DNA of 64,000 nucleotides from Terriglobia bacterium. GTDB lineage: Bacteria; Acidobacteriota; Terriglobia; Acidiferrales; UBA7541. Shown in pieces: positions 37,121 to 47,534 of this stretch (positions are counted from its first letter, which is position 1; each line of letters opens with the position of its first letter). The notes under the pieces were generated by a model, which had not been told where the DNA came from, ran no database searches, and was given only the letters and a program-made list of their open reading frames with translations. Where the stretch lies: contig OY968796.1 of NCBI GenBank assembly GCA_963695545.1, positions 128,001-192,000 of the forward strand. Reading direction: 5' to 3'. The position numbers were made by a program, and so were the translations under genes.

Positions 37121-39733
37121 TTACACGGCCGCGAGCGCAGCCACGAGCGCGGCACGCAGCGCCTCTTGCCGCGCCGCGTCGAGTTTCTTGCCGTCTGCCG
37201 TCAGGTAAAAAACATCGATAGCCTTGGGTCCCTCCGTATCCACCAGCGCGATCTCAATGTTGCATCCGCCCTCAGCCAGAACTCGGCTGACTTGATAGAT
37301 CAGGCCGGGCCGGTCCTGCGCGATCAGCTCGAGCAGAGTGCTGTGTGCGGAGACGGAATCGTCGAAGCGCAATTGTGTCGCGACCGCGACCTTGCGCTCG
37401 AACCCGGCTTGCGTTGCGCCTCCCGCGCGCCGCGCGAGCATGTTTTCGAGACTTGCGCGGCCCACGAGGACGTCGCGCACGCTCTCGACCAAACGTTCGC
37501 TCTCAGACGGATTGAGCTCGAGCGTCCGATGCAAATCCGCAAATTCAAAGCTATCGAGCCCAAGCCCCGCGTGGCTTGCGAACGCATCGGCCTTCACCAC
37601 ATTCATGCCCCACGCGTACAGCACACCCGCCACCTCGGCGAATAGAAACGGCCGGTCGTCGGTCAATAATCGCAGCTCGAATAAATGATTGCGCTTCGTA
37701 AGGCGCAGCTCGACGCGGTCGCCCCCGAGGCGGCGCCCCATCGCGAAATCTTGAGCGATTTCTTCGGCACCGTGGCTCGCGAGATACCGCAACGGCAGTC
37801 CTTCAAGAAAAGTGGCCAGCGCGCCGGCGTCCGCCGAAGGGCCAAGAAACGGCAACATGCGCTCGATTTCGCGGCCCACTTCCCCGCCCGAATGAAATCG
37901 CTTTTCATCCACACTCTCAACGAGATAATTCGACGTGCGCGCGTACAGATGCCAGAGCGCGCCCGCCTTCCACGGAGTGAGCGCCTCCGGATTTACGCTG
38001 CGAATGTCGGCGTAGGTCAGCAAGCAGAGCATCTTCAGGCGTTCGATAGAGCCCATCTTCTCTGCGAACACGCGGATCGTGGCATGATCGAAAACGTCGC
38101 GCCGTTGCATTGTCGCCGACATTTCAAGGTGATTGCCGACCAGAAAGCGCACCGTCGCCGTTTCGTCGGCGTCGAGCTTCAACCGCTGCGCCACCGCGTC
38201 CACGGTTTGCAGGCTGCCAACGACGTGATCGTCCTCCGGCATTCCCTTGCCCACGTCATGCAGCAGCAGCGCGAGGTACAGCAAATCGGGACGTTCAAGC
38301 GTTTTCAGAATGTCGCCGAAGCCGCGCTCCCAATCCTGCCGCGGCTGGCTCAGTCGATGAACATTTTCGATCGTGCGAAACGTGTGCTCGTCCACCGTGT
38401 AACGATGATAGAAATCGCGGATCACCAGCGCGTCAATCACGCGAAACTCCGGAATCAGCAGACCCAAAAGCCCCACGCGATTCATGGACCGCAGCGCGTC
38501 GGCGGCATGCGGCAACTTCAGAATCGAGGCGAGACGCGGCCATAAACCGTCGATGTGGCACACCGCTTCTCCCGCGCGCGCTGCGGCCAGCTCGATTTGC
38601 TCTTCGGCCTGAGCGCTCAGCGGAATTCCATGCCGCGCGACAAATTCGAATGGCGCGAGCGACGCCGCGGGATCTTCGAGCGTCCGCAAATTTCGCAGGT
38701 AGACGCGTTCGCGGCGCACTCCGAACTCGTCGTTCGCGCGCCGCGACCGCCAATCCTTGTAGGATTCATAGATGTACGATGGCGCGGCGGGAATTTCTTC
38801 GATTTCCTGTGCAACCAGGCGGTCGATCGCGCGCACGTGGCGATAGTAGACGCGCATCCAGTCCGCGGGCGCGACCGCGCGCCGCGGCTCAAGCCCCAAT
38901 CCGAGCGACGCGGCGTCGTCCTGGAATTCGTACGAAAGCGCATTGTCGTCACGCCCGCGGCGATAATGCAGAAAGCATCGCACGGTCAGAAGAAACCGGA
39001 ATCCGCGCGTGGCCTCCTCGCCCAAGCCGCGCGGCCACTTCTCCGCCGGATCGACCCATTTTTTTGTTTTGTCGAGTTCCGAGATGCGCACCAGCCAGCG
39101 TGCCACGTCGTAGTCGCGAATTCCGCCCGGCACTTCCTTGATGTTGGGCTCGAGATGAAAAATCGTGTGGCCGTATTTCGCGTGGCGCTTGTCAGTCAAT
39201 TGCGCAAGACCCGCGATCAGCTCGCCGCGCTCGCGCGTCACGACTTTCGGCAGCACGCTTTCGCGCATGCGTATGAAAAGCCGAGGATCTCCCACGATCC
39301 GCCGGCAGTCCAGCACGGCGATCGAAAATTCCGCGTTGTCCGGATCGAAGCTTTCGAGTTCCGCCAACGTTCGCGTGGTTTGCCCGAGTCGCAGCCGCAG
39401 ATCCCACAGGATTCGGCACAACTCCGCGGTCGCTTCTTTGAATTCCGTCGCCGCAGCCGCGTCCTCGTACAGGAACAACAAATCCACATCGGATTGCGGC
39501 AGAAGCACGCGCCGGCCGTAGCCGCCCAGCGCGACAAGACACGTCTTCGCCGGCCGCTCAGGATCTTCCGAGAACAACGCGGCGTGCAGCCGCGTCACCA
39601 GCGCGTCGATCAAATCCGTGCCGGCGCTTACCGCCTTCGGCCCGTCGCCATCAGCCTCGAACGTTTGCCGGATGCGCGCGAATTCGGCGGCGTAGAATTC
39701 CTGAAGATCGGGCAGCGAAATCGAAACCGCCAT
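37121..39733 (-). CDS. glnD: [protein-PII] uridylyltransferase/uridylyl-removing enzyme
   Basis: GGYGR..SDVDL, EPNIKEVPGGIRD, HRYTVDEH, LLHDVGKG, two ACT domains (DRPFL, DRPGL). Confidence 0.93.
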   Translation of the reverse strand: MAVSISLPDLQEFYAAEFARIRQTFEADGDGPKAVSAGTDLIDALVTRLHAALFSEDPERPAKTCLVALGGYGRRVLLPQSDVDLLFLYEDAAAATEFKEATAELCRILWDLRLRLGQTTRTLAELESFDPDNAEFSIAVLDCRRIVGDPRLFIRMRESVLPKVVTRERGELIAGLAQLTDKRHAKYGHTIFHLEPNIKEVPGGIRDYDVARWLVRISELDKTKKWVDPAEKWPRGLGEEATRGFRFLLTVRCFLHYRRGRDDNALSYEFQDDAASLGLGLEPRRAVAPADWMRVYYRHVRAIDRLVAQEIEEIPAAPSYIYESYKDWRSRRANDEFGVRRERVYLRNLRTLEDPAASLAPFEFVARHGIPLSAQAEEQIELAAARAGEAVCHIDGLWPRLASILKLPHAADALRSMNRVGLLGLLIPEFRVIDALVIRDFYHRYTVDEHTFRTIENVHRLSQPRQDWERGFGDILKTLERPDLLYLALLLHDVGKGMPEDDHVVGSLQTVDAVAQRLKLDADETATVRFLVGNHLEMSATMQRRDVFDHATIRVFAEKMGSIERLKMLCLLTYADIRSVNPEALTPWKAGALWHLYARTSNYLVESVDEKRFHSGGEVGREIERMLPFLGPSADAGALATFLEGLPLRYLASHGAEEIAQDFAMGRRLGGDRVELRLTKRNHLFELRLLTDDRPFLFAEVAGVLYAWGMNVVKADAFASHAGLGLDSFEFADLHRTLELNPSESERLVESVRDVLVGRASLENMLARRAGGATQAGFERKVAVATQLRFDDSVSAHSTLLELIAQDRPGLIYQVSRVLAEGGCNIEIALVDTEGPKAIDVFYLTADGKKLDAARQEALRAALVAALAAV

Positions 39734-40006
39734 GGGCGTCGCTAGTCTCCGTGAGCCGCGGCGTGCCACGCGGACAGTCTGCGGCCTCGCGCGCAACTCC
39801 TGCTTAGAAATTAGAGTGTACCATCGTCGCTGTGCGCGCCAGAAAATTGGCGCGTCACCCGATAAGCAGATTATGCGAGGGTGCGGAAAAAACGCTGTAC
39901 TGAAATCGCGACGCGAAGGTCTCTGCGCAGGCGGCGCGGCACTCTCCCGCCGGCGAAATCTTCGCAACTGCCGGGCGCTGCAGCGCACCGGACTCGCGGA
40001 GCCCCA

Positions 40007-40732
40007 CTAGCGGGCCTGCGCGCCTGAGCCACCCCGTCCGCGCGGCGCTTCCGGCAAATCCCAATCGACGCCCCACAGGTTCTGATCGGTTAGCAGCTCC
40101 AGGCCGACTTCAAACGTGCCCCCATCCTTACGCGCCGACCACGCCACGCGCGCCTTGCCATGTTGTCCCGTGTCCAGGCGGGTGAGCTTCACCACTTCGC
40201 CTTGCGCCAGCGCGCGCCCGCAGCTCACGCAAGCGCCATGTCGCGACACCGTTTGCGTCTTGGTGGTCTCTTCCCAGGGATCGCTGTCGATCAAACTCGC
40301 CAGCACCACCGCGACCGACATCCCGACTCGCGGCCCTCGGCGCACCTGTTTCAGCAAATCGGCGCTCCAAAGCAGAATGTCCATCAGACGCGCTCGCGCC
40401 AGGTTGTCGGGCTCGGCCACGGACATGGCAATACTCGTGGTGGCGCGCACGCATTCGTCCAAACGCCGGGCGAGTTCCGAAGTGGTCGGACCGTGACGCG
40501 AGGAGTGCCGCAACTGCACGGCGGCGTCATCCAGGAGGCGGTAGGATGCGAGGATGAAGTGGTCGACGCACAGCGCCCGCCCGTCCAACGCAGAGGTAGC
40601 CGCGTGAGGGCAATGTTTGATCGAGCAATTCTCTTTCTGAATCATTACGGCAACGTACCGCGGGGAGTATCGTAGCAGATCGGCGACGGTTGCAAGCGGT
40701 TTCTCGCGCGAGTGGGCCTGCGCGGCGCTCAA
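40007..40732 (-). CDS. PilZ-domain protein with a Cys/His-containing N-terminal extension (start uncertain)
   Basis: RRGPR and TVSRHG PilZ-like motifs, VGLEL..NLWGVDW. Confidence 0.7.
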   Translation of the reverse strand: MSAAQAHSREKPLATVADLLRYSPRYVAVMIQKENCSIKHCPHAATSALDGRALCVDHFILASYRLLDDAAVQLRHSSRHGPTTSELARRLDECVRATTSIAMSVAEPDNLARARLMDILLWSADLLKQVRRGPRVGMSVAVVLASLIDSDPWEETTKTQTVSRHGACVSCGRALAQGEVVKLTRLDTGQHGKARVAWSARKDGGTFEVGLELLTDQNLWGVDWDLPEAPRGRGGSGAQAR

Positions 40733-40780
40733 TTTTCAGATTGGCGATGAGAACGTCTCAAATGGAAGCGCCGCTCTACT

Positions 40781-41770
40781 TCAAGCACCGACAGACAACG
40801 CCGCTTGATTCGCGGCCCCTAATAGCGGCGCCTTCTCATTGAGAATCACGTGGATCGGTATGCGCGAGAGCATCTCCCCGAGCTTTTCTTTCTGACAAAA
40901 CGCACGGAAAAATGTTCCGTCTTTGAGTTTCGGCAAAATCTTCACCGCGATTCCGCCGGCGACGTAGACGCCGTTGCGCGACATCGCCTTGAGCGCCAGA
41001 TTTCCCGCCTCGGCGCCATACAGCGCCGTCCAAAGATCGAGCGTGCGCACGCACACCGGACACGTTCCGGCCAAACCTTGCTCCGTGATTTCCGGCGCCG
41101 GGTCCACGCCGGGCTGGCCAAAACTCGGATGCTTCGCGGCGGGATCGAGAAAATTGTGGATCACGAGAAATCCGCGTCCGGAAAGAATCGCCTCGAAGCC
41201 CACGAACTCCTGGGTCTTCTTGAGATGCCGGAGCAGCTCGATTTCCTGTTCCGTGCGCGGCGCGAGGTCCGCGTGGCCGCCTTCGGAGCTGGCCACAAAG
41301 TAGCGATTGCCATCCCAATATAAAATTGCTTCGCCTAATCCGGTGCCCGCAGCAATCAGGATTTTCGCGGCGCGCGGCGCAACCTCGCCCACATTGAGCG
41401 TGGCTAGTTCTGCGGGGCGCAGCAATTCGATGCTGTAGCCGGAAGCCTCGAGATCGTTCAGCAGAACAATATGCTGGGTGCCGAGTTGCTTGGCGAGCGC
41501 CGCGGCGTCGATCACCCAGGGCAGATTCGTCGCGCGCACGCGGCCGTCCACCACCGGCCCGGCCACGCCCAAGCCAGCGGCTTCGAGCTTGATCGGCGCA
41601 CTGCCGAGCTCGGCGTGCGCGTCGACCAAAAATTGCGCGACGATTTTTTCAAATTGGTTATATTGTCCGCTCGGATAACGCTGCGTGACCACCGCTTCCA
41701 ATCGCCCGCCCCGCGGCTCGAACAGTCCCAAATTGCATTTCGTTCCGCCGACGTCGCAGCCCAGAATCAT
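40781..41770 (-). CDS. glk: glucokinase
   Basis: DVGGTK, TNLPW, LLNDLEA, GTGLG, SEGGH. Confidence 0.95.
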   Translation of the reverse strand: MILGCDVGGTKCNLGLFEPRGGRLEAVVTQRYPSGQYNQFEKIVAQFLVDAHAELGSAPIKLEAAGLGVAGPVVDGRVRATNLPWVIDAAALAKQLGTQHIVLLNDLEASGYSIELLRPAELATLNVGEVAPRAAKILIAAGTGLGEAILYWDGNRYFVASSEGGHADLAPRTEQEIELLRHLKKTQEFVGFEAILSGRGFLVIHNFLDPAAKHPSFGQPGVDPAPEITEQGLAGTCPVCVRTLDLWTALYGAEAGNLALKAMSRNGVYVAGGIAVKILPKLKDGTFFRAFCQKEKLGEMLSRIPIHVILNEKAPLLGAANQAALSVGA

Positions 41771-42603
41771 CGCGGGCCCTTGCCGCCGCTCGCGCGCCCC
41801 GCGCCGGTCGGAGAAGCTGGGCGCTGCGGAAACTGCGCTGCCGCGGCTTCATCCAGCAGGAAATACCGGTCTCCGTTGCGCGGCTGCACCATTTGCGCCG
41901 GCACCGGCGGCTCGGTGGCGCCTTCGATCACCTGCTTCACCAGCTCCGCCTTGTCGCTCCCAGTGATCAAAAAAAGAATGCGCTCGGCCGCGTCCAGCAC
42001 GGGTAGCGTCAGGGTCATGCGACGCGCGCCCAATTTCGCCACCAGAGGCGTGCTCACCCAGCGCGAAGTGTGCCGCAGCGTCCGCGAGCCAGGAAATAGC
42101 GAGGCGGTGTGCCCCTCCGTGCCCATGCCCAGCATGATCAAATGAAAGCGCGGGAAGCCGCGGTCGTCGAGCTCGAGATTCTTGCGCAAAATCTCCTCAT
42201 ATTCATGCGCGGCGCGGCCGATATTCGGACTTTCCGCTTCCATGCGGTGAACATTTGCCGGAGGGATCGGCACCTTCAACAGCAACTCGCGACGCACCGC
42301 GCCGTAATTGCTTTCTGGATTGTCGGGCGGCACGGCGCGCTCATCGCCCCAAAAAAGATAAACGCGAGGCCAATCCACCTGCGCGCGATATTCGGCCGTG
42401 GCCAGCAGGCTGTACATGCCCAGCGGCGTGTGCCCGCCGGAAAGCGCCACGCAGAATTTGCCTTCGCGCGCGATCGATTGCCAGGCCCAATCCACGAATT
42501 GGCGCGCCGCTACGCGCGTAAGCGCTTCAGCATCGCGGCACACGCGAACGCCCGGCAGAATTTCCCGCGTTACGCTATTCGGAATTGCGCCAGGATCGGC
42601 CAT
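41767..42603 (-). CDS. pgl: 6-phosphogluconolactonase
   Basis: ALSGGHTP, FWGDER, GMGTEGHTASLFP. Confidence 0.95.
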   Translation of the reverse strand: MADPGAIPNSVTREILPGVRVCRDAEALTRVAARQFVDWAWQSIAREGKFCVALSGGHTPLGMYSLLATAEYRAQVDWPRVYLFWGDERAVPPDNPESNYGAVRRELLLKVPIPPANVHRMEAESPNIGRAAHEYEEILRKNLELDDRGFPRFHLIMLGMGTEGHTASLFPGSRTLRHTSRWVSTPLVAKLGARRMTLTLPVLDAAERILFLITGSDKAELVKQVIEGATEPPVPAQMVQPRNGDRYFLLDEAAAAQFPQRPASPTGAGRASGGKGPR

Positions 42604-44122
42604 CTCGCTCCAGTAGCGCGTCGGATTCTTTCGGTCCCCAACTGCCGGCCGCGTAATTCGGAAAAGCGGGCTTTTGGCCGCTCCAAGTATTCAAGATCGG
42701 ATCCACCAGCGCCCAGGTGGCTTCCACGCTGTCGGCGCGATCGAACAGCGTGGCGTCGCCGCGCATGCAATCGTTCAGCAACGTGGTGTATGCGCTGCGC
42801 TCCGCGGCGCCGAAAGCTTTGTGATAACTGAAATCCATGGCCACGCTCTGCACGCGCATTTCCTGGCCGGGCAACTTCGCGCCGAACGAAATCGAAATGC
42901 CTTCTTCGGGCTGGATGTTCAGCACCAGGCAATTTGGAGCCACGTTCTGTCCGCGAAACACTTCGTGGGGCGCTTGGCGGAACTGGATCACGATTTCGGT
43001 CATGCGGGTATTCAGCCGCTTGCCCGTGCGCAAGTAAAACGGCACGCCGGCCCAGCGCCAGTTGTCCACTTGCAGCTTGACCGCGGCAAAAGTCTCCGTC
43101 GCGGAATCCGGCTTGACGCCTTTTTCCTGGCGATAGCCGGCTACGGGCGCGCCGGCCACTGTGCCCGGGCCATACTGTCCGCGCACAACATCGCGCGCGA
43201 CGCTCTCCGGCGTGAATCCTCGAATGGACTGCAGCACCTTGATTTTTTCGTTGCGCACCGCGGTGGCGTCGAAGACCGCCGGCGGCTCAAGCGCCACGAG
43301 AGCCGTCAGTTGCAACATGTGGCTCTGGATCATGTCGCGCACTGCGCCGGTTGTTTCGTAGAACGACGCGCGCTGCTCCACGCCCAAAGCTTCGCTCGCC
43401 GTGATTTGCACGTGATCCACGAAATTGCGGTTCCAGATCGGCTCGAAGATGCCGTTGCCAAAGCGCAGCACCAACAAGTTCTGCACCGTGTCCTTGCCCA
43501 AATAATGATCGATGCGGTAGACCTGCGACTCGTCGAACACGCACAGAACGGCCTTGTTCAACTTCACCGCCGATTCCAAATCGTGGCCGAACGGCTTTTC
43601 AATGATGATGCGCACCCACGACTGTTCGTTCCCCGGCTTCGACAATCCCGCCTTGTGCAACTGCTGAATGATCAGCGGATAGACTTCGGGCGGCGTGGCC
43701 AGATAGTAGAGGCGATTTCCGCCGAGCTGAAATTTCTTGTCGATTTCTTCCAGGCGCTGCGACAGCTTCTCGAATCCGTCGGGCTTGTCGTAATCGCCCG
43801 CAACGTACGAAAAACTTTGCGCGAAACTCTTCAAAACGTCCTCTTCGACTACGCCCGAATCGCTGCTGCTGCGTGTGGATTCCGCCGCCTTGGTTTGAAA
43901 TGCCGCGTCGCTCATGGGCGTGCGCGCGAAGCCGACCACGGCAAATTTCCGCGCGAGCGACTTGTCCGCCGCGAGACTATAAAGCGCCGGGATCAGCTTG
44001 CGATGCACAAGATCGCCGGACGCGCCGAAAATCACCACCGCGCAAGGATCCGCGGCGGGCCCGCTCTGAGGGCGCGGCTGCGCCTTCGGCGCGTCGGCCA
44101 CAAGCGTCGCGTTTGAGGTCAT
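42575..44122 (-). CDS. zwf: glucose-6-phosphate dehydrogenase
   Basis: FGASGDL, IEKPFG, RIDHYLGK, PFYLRTGK. Confidence 0.97.
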   Translation of the reverse strand: MTSNATLVADAPKAQPRPQSGPAADPCAVVIFGASGDLVHRKLIPALYSLAADKSLARKFAVVGFARTPMSDAAFQTKAAESTRSSSDSGVVEEDVLKSFAQSFSYVAGDYDKPDGFEKLSQRLEEIDKKFQLGGNRLYYLATPPEVYPLIIQQLHKAGLSKPGNEQSWVRIIIEKPFGHDLESAVKLNKAVLCVFDESQVYRIDHYLGKDTVQNLLVLRFGNGIFEPIWNRNFVDHVQITASEALGVEQRASFYETTGAVRDMIQSHMLQLTALVALEPPAVFDATAVRNEKIKVLQSIRGFTPESVARDVVRGQYGPGTVAGAPVAGYRQEKGVKPDSATETFAAVKLQVDNWRWAGVPFYLRTGKRLNTRMTEIVIQFRQAPHEVFRGQNVAPNCLVLNIQPEEGISISFGAKLPGQEMRVQSVAMDFSYHKAFGAAERSAYTTLLNDCMRGDATLFDRADSVEATWALVDPILNTWSGQKPAFPNYAAGSWGPKESDALLERDGRSWRNSE

Positions 44123-44136
44123 GGCTCCCCTCCTCG

Positions 44137-45051
44137 CTATTTCTTCGGTTCGGTTTTCACCGCGTGTCCGCCGAATTTATTGCGCATGGCCGCCAGCAGC
44201 TTATCGGAATATGAATCCGTGTCGCGCGACGTCAAGCGCTGCAAAAGTGAAAGTGTAATGATCGGCGCGGGCACGTCCAGGTCGATCGCTTCGGCCACCG
44301 TCCAGCGCCCTTCGCCGGAATCGGAAACGTACGGCGCAAGGCCGTCGAGCGTCGGATTTTCTTGCAGCGCCTGGCTTGTCAGGTCCAGGAGCCAGCAGCG
44401 CACCACGCTGCCGAAGCGCCAGATCTCCGCCACTTGATGCAAGTCGAGGGCGAAATCTTTCTTGTGCTCCAAAACCGAAAATCCTTCGGCGAACGCCTGC
44501 ATCATCCCGTACTCAATTCCGTTGTGCACCATCTTCACAAAATGTCCCGCGCCCGGCGGCCCCACGTGGCCCCAGCCTTTGTCCTTCGCGGGCGCCAGCG
44601 TTTCAAGCGCCGGGGTCAAGCGGGCCACCGCTTCCTTTTCTCCGCCGACCATCAGGCTATAACCTTCCTTCAAGCCCCAGACGCCGCCGCTGGTGCCCGC
44701 GTCCATGAAAAGAAATCCCTTGGCTTTCAATTCCGCCGCGCGCCGCATGGATTCCTTGTAATTACTGTTTCCGCCGTCCACCAGCAAATCGCCTTTCGCC
44801 AAATGCGGCAGCAAATCGTTAATCGTCTGGTCCACCGGCGGACCGTTCGGCACCATGATCCAAATCGTTCGCGGCGCTTTCAACTTGGACGCCAAATCCG
44901 CCAGAGAACTCGCTCCTCCCCCTCCCACGGCCACGACTTTCGCGACCGCAGCGGCATCGCGGTCATAGCCAACGGCGCGATGGCCGCCGCGCACCAGTCG
45001 CTCAACCATATTCGCGCCCATTTTTCCCAAGCCCACCATTCCGATTTCCAT
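44137..45051 (-). CDS. gnd: 6-phosphogluconate dehydrogenase, short decarboxylating type
   Basis: GLGKMG, DGGN, GHFVKMVHNGIEYG, MRNKFGGH. Confidence 0.95.
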   Translation of the reverse strand: MEIGMVGLGKMGANMVERLVRGGHRAVGYDRDAAAVAKVVAVGGGGASSLADLASKLKAPRTIWIMVPNGPPVDQTINDLLPHLAKGDLLVDGGNSNYKESMRRAAELKAKGFLFMDAGTSGGVWGLKEGYSLMVGGEKEAVARLTPALETLAPAKDKGWGHVGPPGAGHFVKMVHNGIEYGMMQAFAEGFSVLEHKKDFALDLHQVAEIWRFGSVVRCWLLDLTSQALQENPTLDGLAPYVSDSGEGRWTVAEAIDLDVPAPIITLSLLQRLTSRDTDSYSDKLLAAMRNKFGGHAVKTEPKK

Positions 45052-45089
45052 CGTCTTCTCTCCTCTTTCTCGATTCCTCGCGCGCGCCC

Positions 45090-45713
45090 TCAGGCGGTCG
45101 CTTGCCAAACCACGCCGAGGTCAGCCAGATCGCGCCGCAACTGCGCGCCGCCCCGAAATTGAATCGCGCTCATCCCCAATAGCCGCGCGCTTTCCAGGTT
45201 CTCCGCGCGGTCGTCGATAAACGCGCATTCGCCGGGCTCCCGCTGCGTCACGTCAAGCGCTCTGCGATAAATCTCAACGCCCGGCTTACGCGCCCCCATA
45301 AAGCACGAACTGAAAAACGCGCTAAAACTTTTCCTAAGTCCAAATTTCCGAATCCGGTAAATATTCAGCTCAACCGCCTCATTGTTGAGCGTGAACATTA
45401 AATAGCGCACAGAGCGCGCGATTTCATCCGCGATGGCATGGCCTTCCGGCAGATCCTGCGACTGCGCGAACATGAAATCGCGAAATTGTTCGGCCGTAAA
45501 CGCACGCGGTTCGTAGAACACCGTGCGCTCGAGATACGTCTGCAATGTGATGCGCCCGCATTCCCACGCCTCGTCCACTAACTTGTGACGCGCTTCAAAA
45601 TCGGCCGCGTCGAGACCGAACTTGCGCATCGCCGCGGCGCGTGCGTCGCCGTCCCAGCCATTCGATAGGAGCACGCCGCCCACATCCCAAAACATCGTCG
45701 TGATTTTGGGCAC
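45090..45713 (-). CDS. HAD family phosphatase
   Basis: FWDVGGVL, RKP, FIDD; GTG start with GGAG RBS. Confidence 0.88.
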   Translation of the reverse strand: MPKITTMFWDVGGVLLSNGWDGDARAAAMRKFGLDAADFEARHKLVDEAWECGRITLQTYLERTVFYEPRAFTAEQFRDFMFAQSQDLPEGHAIADEIARSVRYLMFTLNNEAVELNIYRIRKFGLRKSFSAFFSSCFMGARKPGVEIYRRALDVTQREPGECAFIDDRAENLESARLLGMSAIQFRGGAQLRRDLADLGVVWQATA

Positions 45714-45865
45714 GCATCGCTCCTGCCTTGTTGTCTCAAAATCCGAGGCTTCCCGCAAGCCGACTTTCCTCGGGGCCGCCGCCGGTTTGGCCGGCGCTCA
45801 GTGTGGTAAGATTTCGATGCGGAATCCGGTTGGATGGCACACGCCGGCCCGCGGAGCGTACTTCT

Positions 45866-46201
45866 GTGGCAGACGATTGCGGACCGACCAATCCCGCGCC
45901 TCCGAGCGAGCCCGCCGCTCCCGGCACACGCATGGTCCATTGCGTGAAATTCGATAAGGATATGCCCGGCCTCGATCGTCCGCCGTGGCGCGGCGAGTTG
46001 GGCAAGCGCGTGTACGAGAACGTATCCAAAGAAGCCTGGAAACTTTGGATCGAGCACTCGAAGATGGTCATGAACGAATATCGTCTGAACCCGCTCGATC
46101 CCGCGTCGCAAAAAATCATGGAAGAACAGCTCCAGGAATTTTTCTTCGGCGAAGGCGCTAAACTCCCCGAAGGCTACGTTCCGCAGCGCGCCAAAAGTTA
46201 A
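45866..46201 (+). CDS. Fe(II) trafficking / oxidative damage protection protein (YggX family)
   Basis: MVHCVK..GELGKRVYENVSKEAW..MNEYRL. Confidence 0.9.
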   Translation: MADDCGPTNPAPPSEPAAPGTRMVHCVKFDKDMPGLDRPPWRGELGKRVYENVSKEAWKLWIEHSKMVMNEYRLNPLDPASQKIMEEQLQEFFFGEGAKLPEGYVPQRAKS

Positions 46202-47523
46202 TCCGCTTCGCCGTAACCTCGCGCCGGCAAACGGCCTGTGGCTGGATGCTCGACCGGCAATTCCGCAATCAAATTGAAATGCAATTGTGCGTGTGCGGCG
46301 CGCACCGCCGCTTCGGCTTCTTCCGGACTCTCCGCGCGCGCAAAAATAAAGCCGAGATAACTTGCGCCCTCGGGCCAAGCCACCACGCGATCGCGGAGGC
46401 GCGCCGTTATTTCAATCGCCTCGATGTGCGCGACGCCGCGCGCGCGATCCAATCCTTCAACGCCATCCAGAATTCCGCTCGCCGGCACGGGAATCATCAT
46501 CACCGCCGCGGCTTCGGCCTCGCGCTCGGCGTCGCTCCCGGGCAGCGCGAATGCATGCCGCACCAGCAACTCTTCGAGCGGCATCCGCGCTGCGCCGAAG
46601 CGCAATGTGCGCGCGCAAAGCCCGCCGATCGGCCGCGGCGCGCATTCCAGAGCCCACGCGCCGCGATCGTTCCATCGAAATTCGGCGTGGATCGGCCCGC
46701 GCGTCAATCCGAGCGCCGTCACCGTGCGCCGCGCGCATTCTGCTAACGCTTCTTGCGCAGAAGCAGGCAATCGCGACGGCGTCACGTAAATCGTCTCCTC
46801 GAAATACGGCCCTTCGAGCGGATCGGGCTTATCGAAAATCGCGAGGATGCGCAGACCGCCGCGATCAATCAGGCCTTCGACAGCAACCTCGATTCCGGGC
46901 ACGTACTCCTCGATCAGCACGCGGTCAAGCTCCGGCTCGCGCGTCACCTGAACTTCCGGCGATTCAACCAGAGCGCGCACTCGCGCAACCGCCGCGCACA
47001 ATTCCGCGGCGTTGTTGGCGCGAATCACGCCTTGGCTTGCGGACAGGCGCAGCGGTTTCACCACGCACGGAAATTTCACGCGCGACAAAATTGCATCGAG
47101 CGAATCGGTGACGGCGAACGAGAAAAATCCGGGCACGGACACGCCGGCGGCTGCAAGGACTTCGCGTTGACGCAGCTTGCTCCGGCAATTCGCGACGGCC
47201 TCGGCAGAATTGTACGGCAGTCCCAACGACTGTGCGGCGAGCGCCGCGGCGAGTGGCGAGCGGTCGCCCAGCGCGAGAATGGCGGAGATCGGAACGCCGT
47301 GCGCGCGCGCCACGATTTCCGCCGCGGCTGCTTCGGCGTCCGCGAAATCCAGCGGCCAGGCGCGATCGTTCCACGGATCGTCAAGCTGATGGCAACAATC
47401 CGTGCCAAGCGCAACTTCAATGCCGAGGCGTTGCGCCGCGTCGATGAAGCCTCGCGTTTGGTAACCGAGCTTGCTCGCGAGAATCAGCAAGCTCGGATTT
47501 TTGCGATTATCCACGGCAGCCAC
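46198..47523 (-). CDS. ATP-grasp domain protein
   Basis: PCVVKP..SASQGV, IEEYVPGIEVAVE, HAEFR, ECAPRPIGG. Confidence 0.9.
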   Translation of the reverse strand: MAAVDNRKNPSLLILASKLGYQTRGFIDAAQRLGIEVALGTDCCHQLDDPWNDRAWPLDFADAEAAAAEIVARAHGVPISAILALGDRSPLAAALAAQSLGLPYNSAEAVANCRSKLRQREVLAAAGVSVPGFFSFAVTDSLDAILSRVKFPCVVKPLRLSASQGVIRANNAAELCAAVARVRALVESPEVQVTREPELDRVLIEEYVPGIEVAVEGLIDRGGLRILAIFDKPDPLEGPYFEETIYVTPSRLPASAQEALAECARRTVTALGLTRGPIHAEFRWNDRGAWALECAPRPIGGLCARTLRFGAARMPLEELLVRHAFALPGSDAEREAEAAAVMMIPVPASGILDGVEGLDRARGVAHIEAIEITARLRDRVVAWPEGASYLGFIFARAESPEEAEAAVRAAHAQLHFNLIAELPVEHPATGRLPARGYGEAD

Positions 47524-47534
47524 GCCTTTTAACT

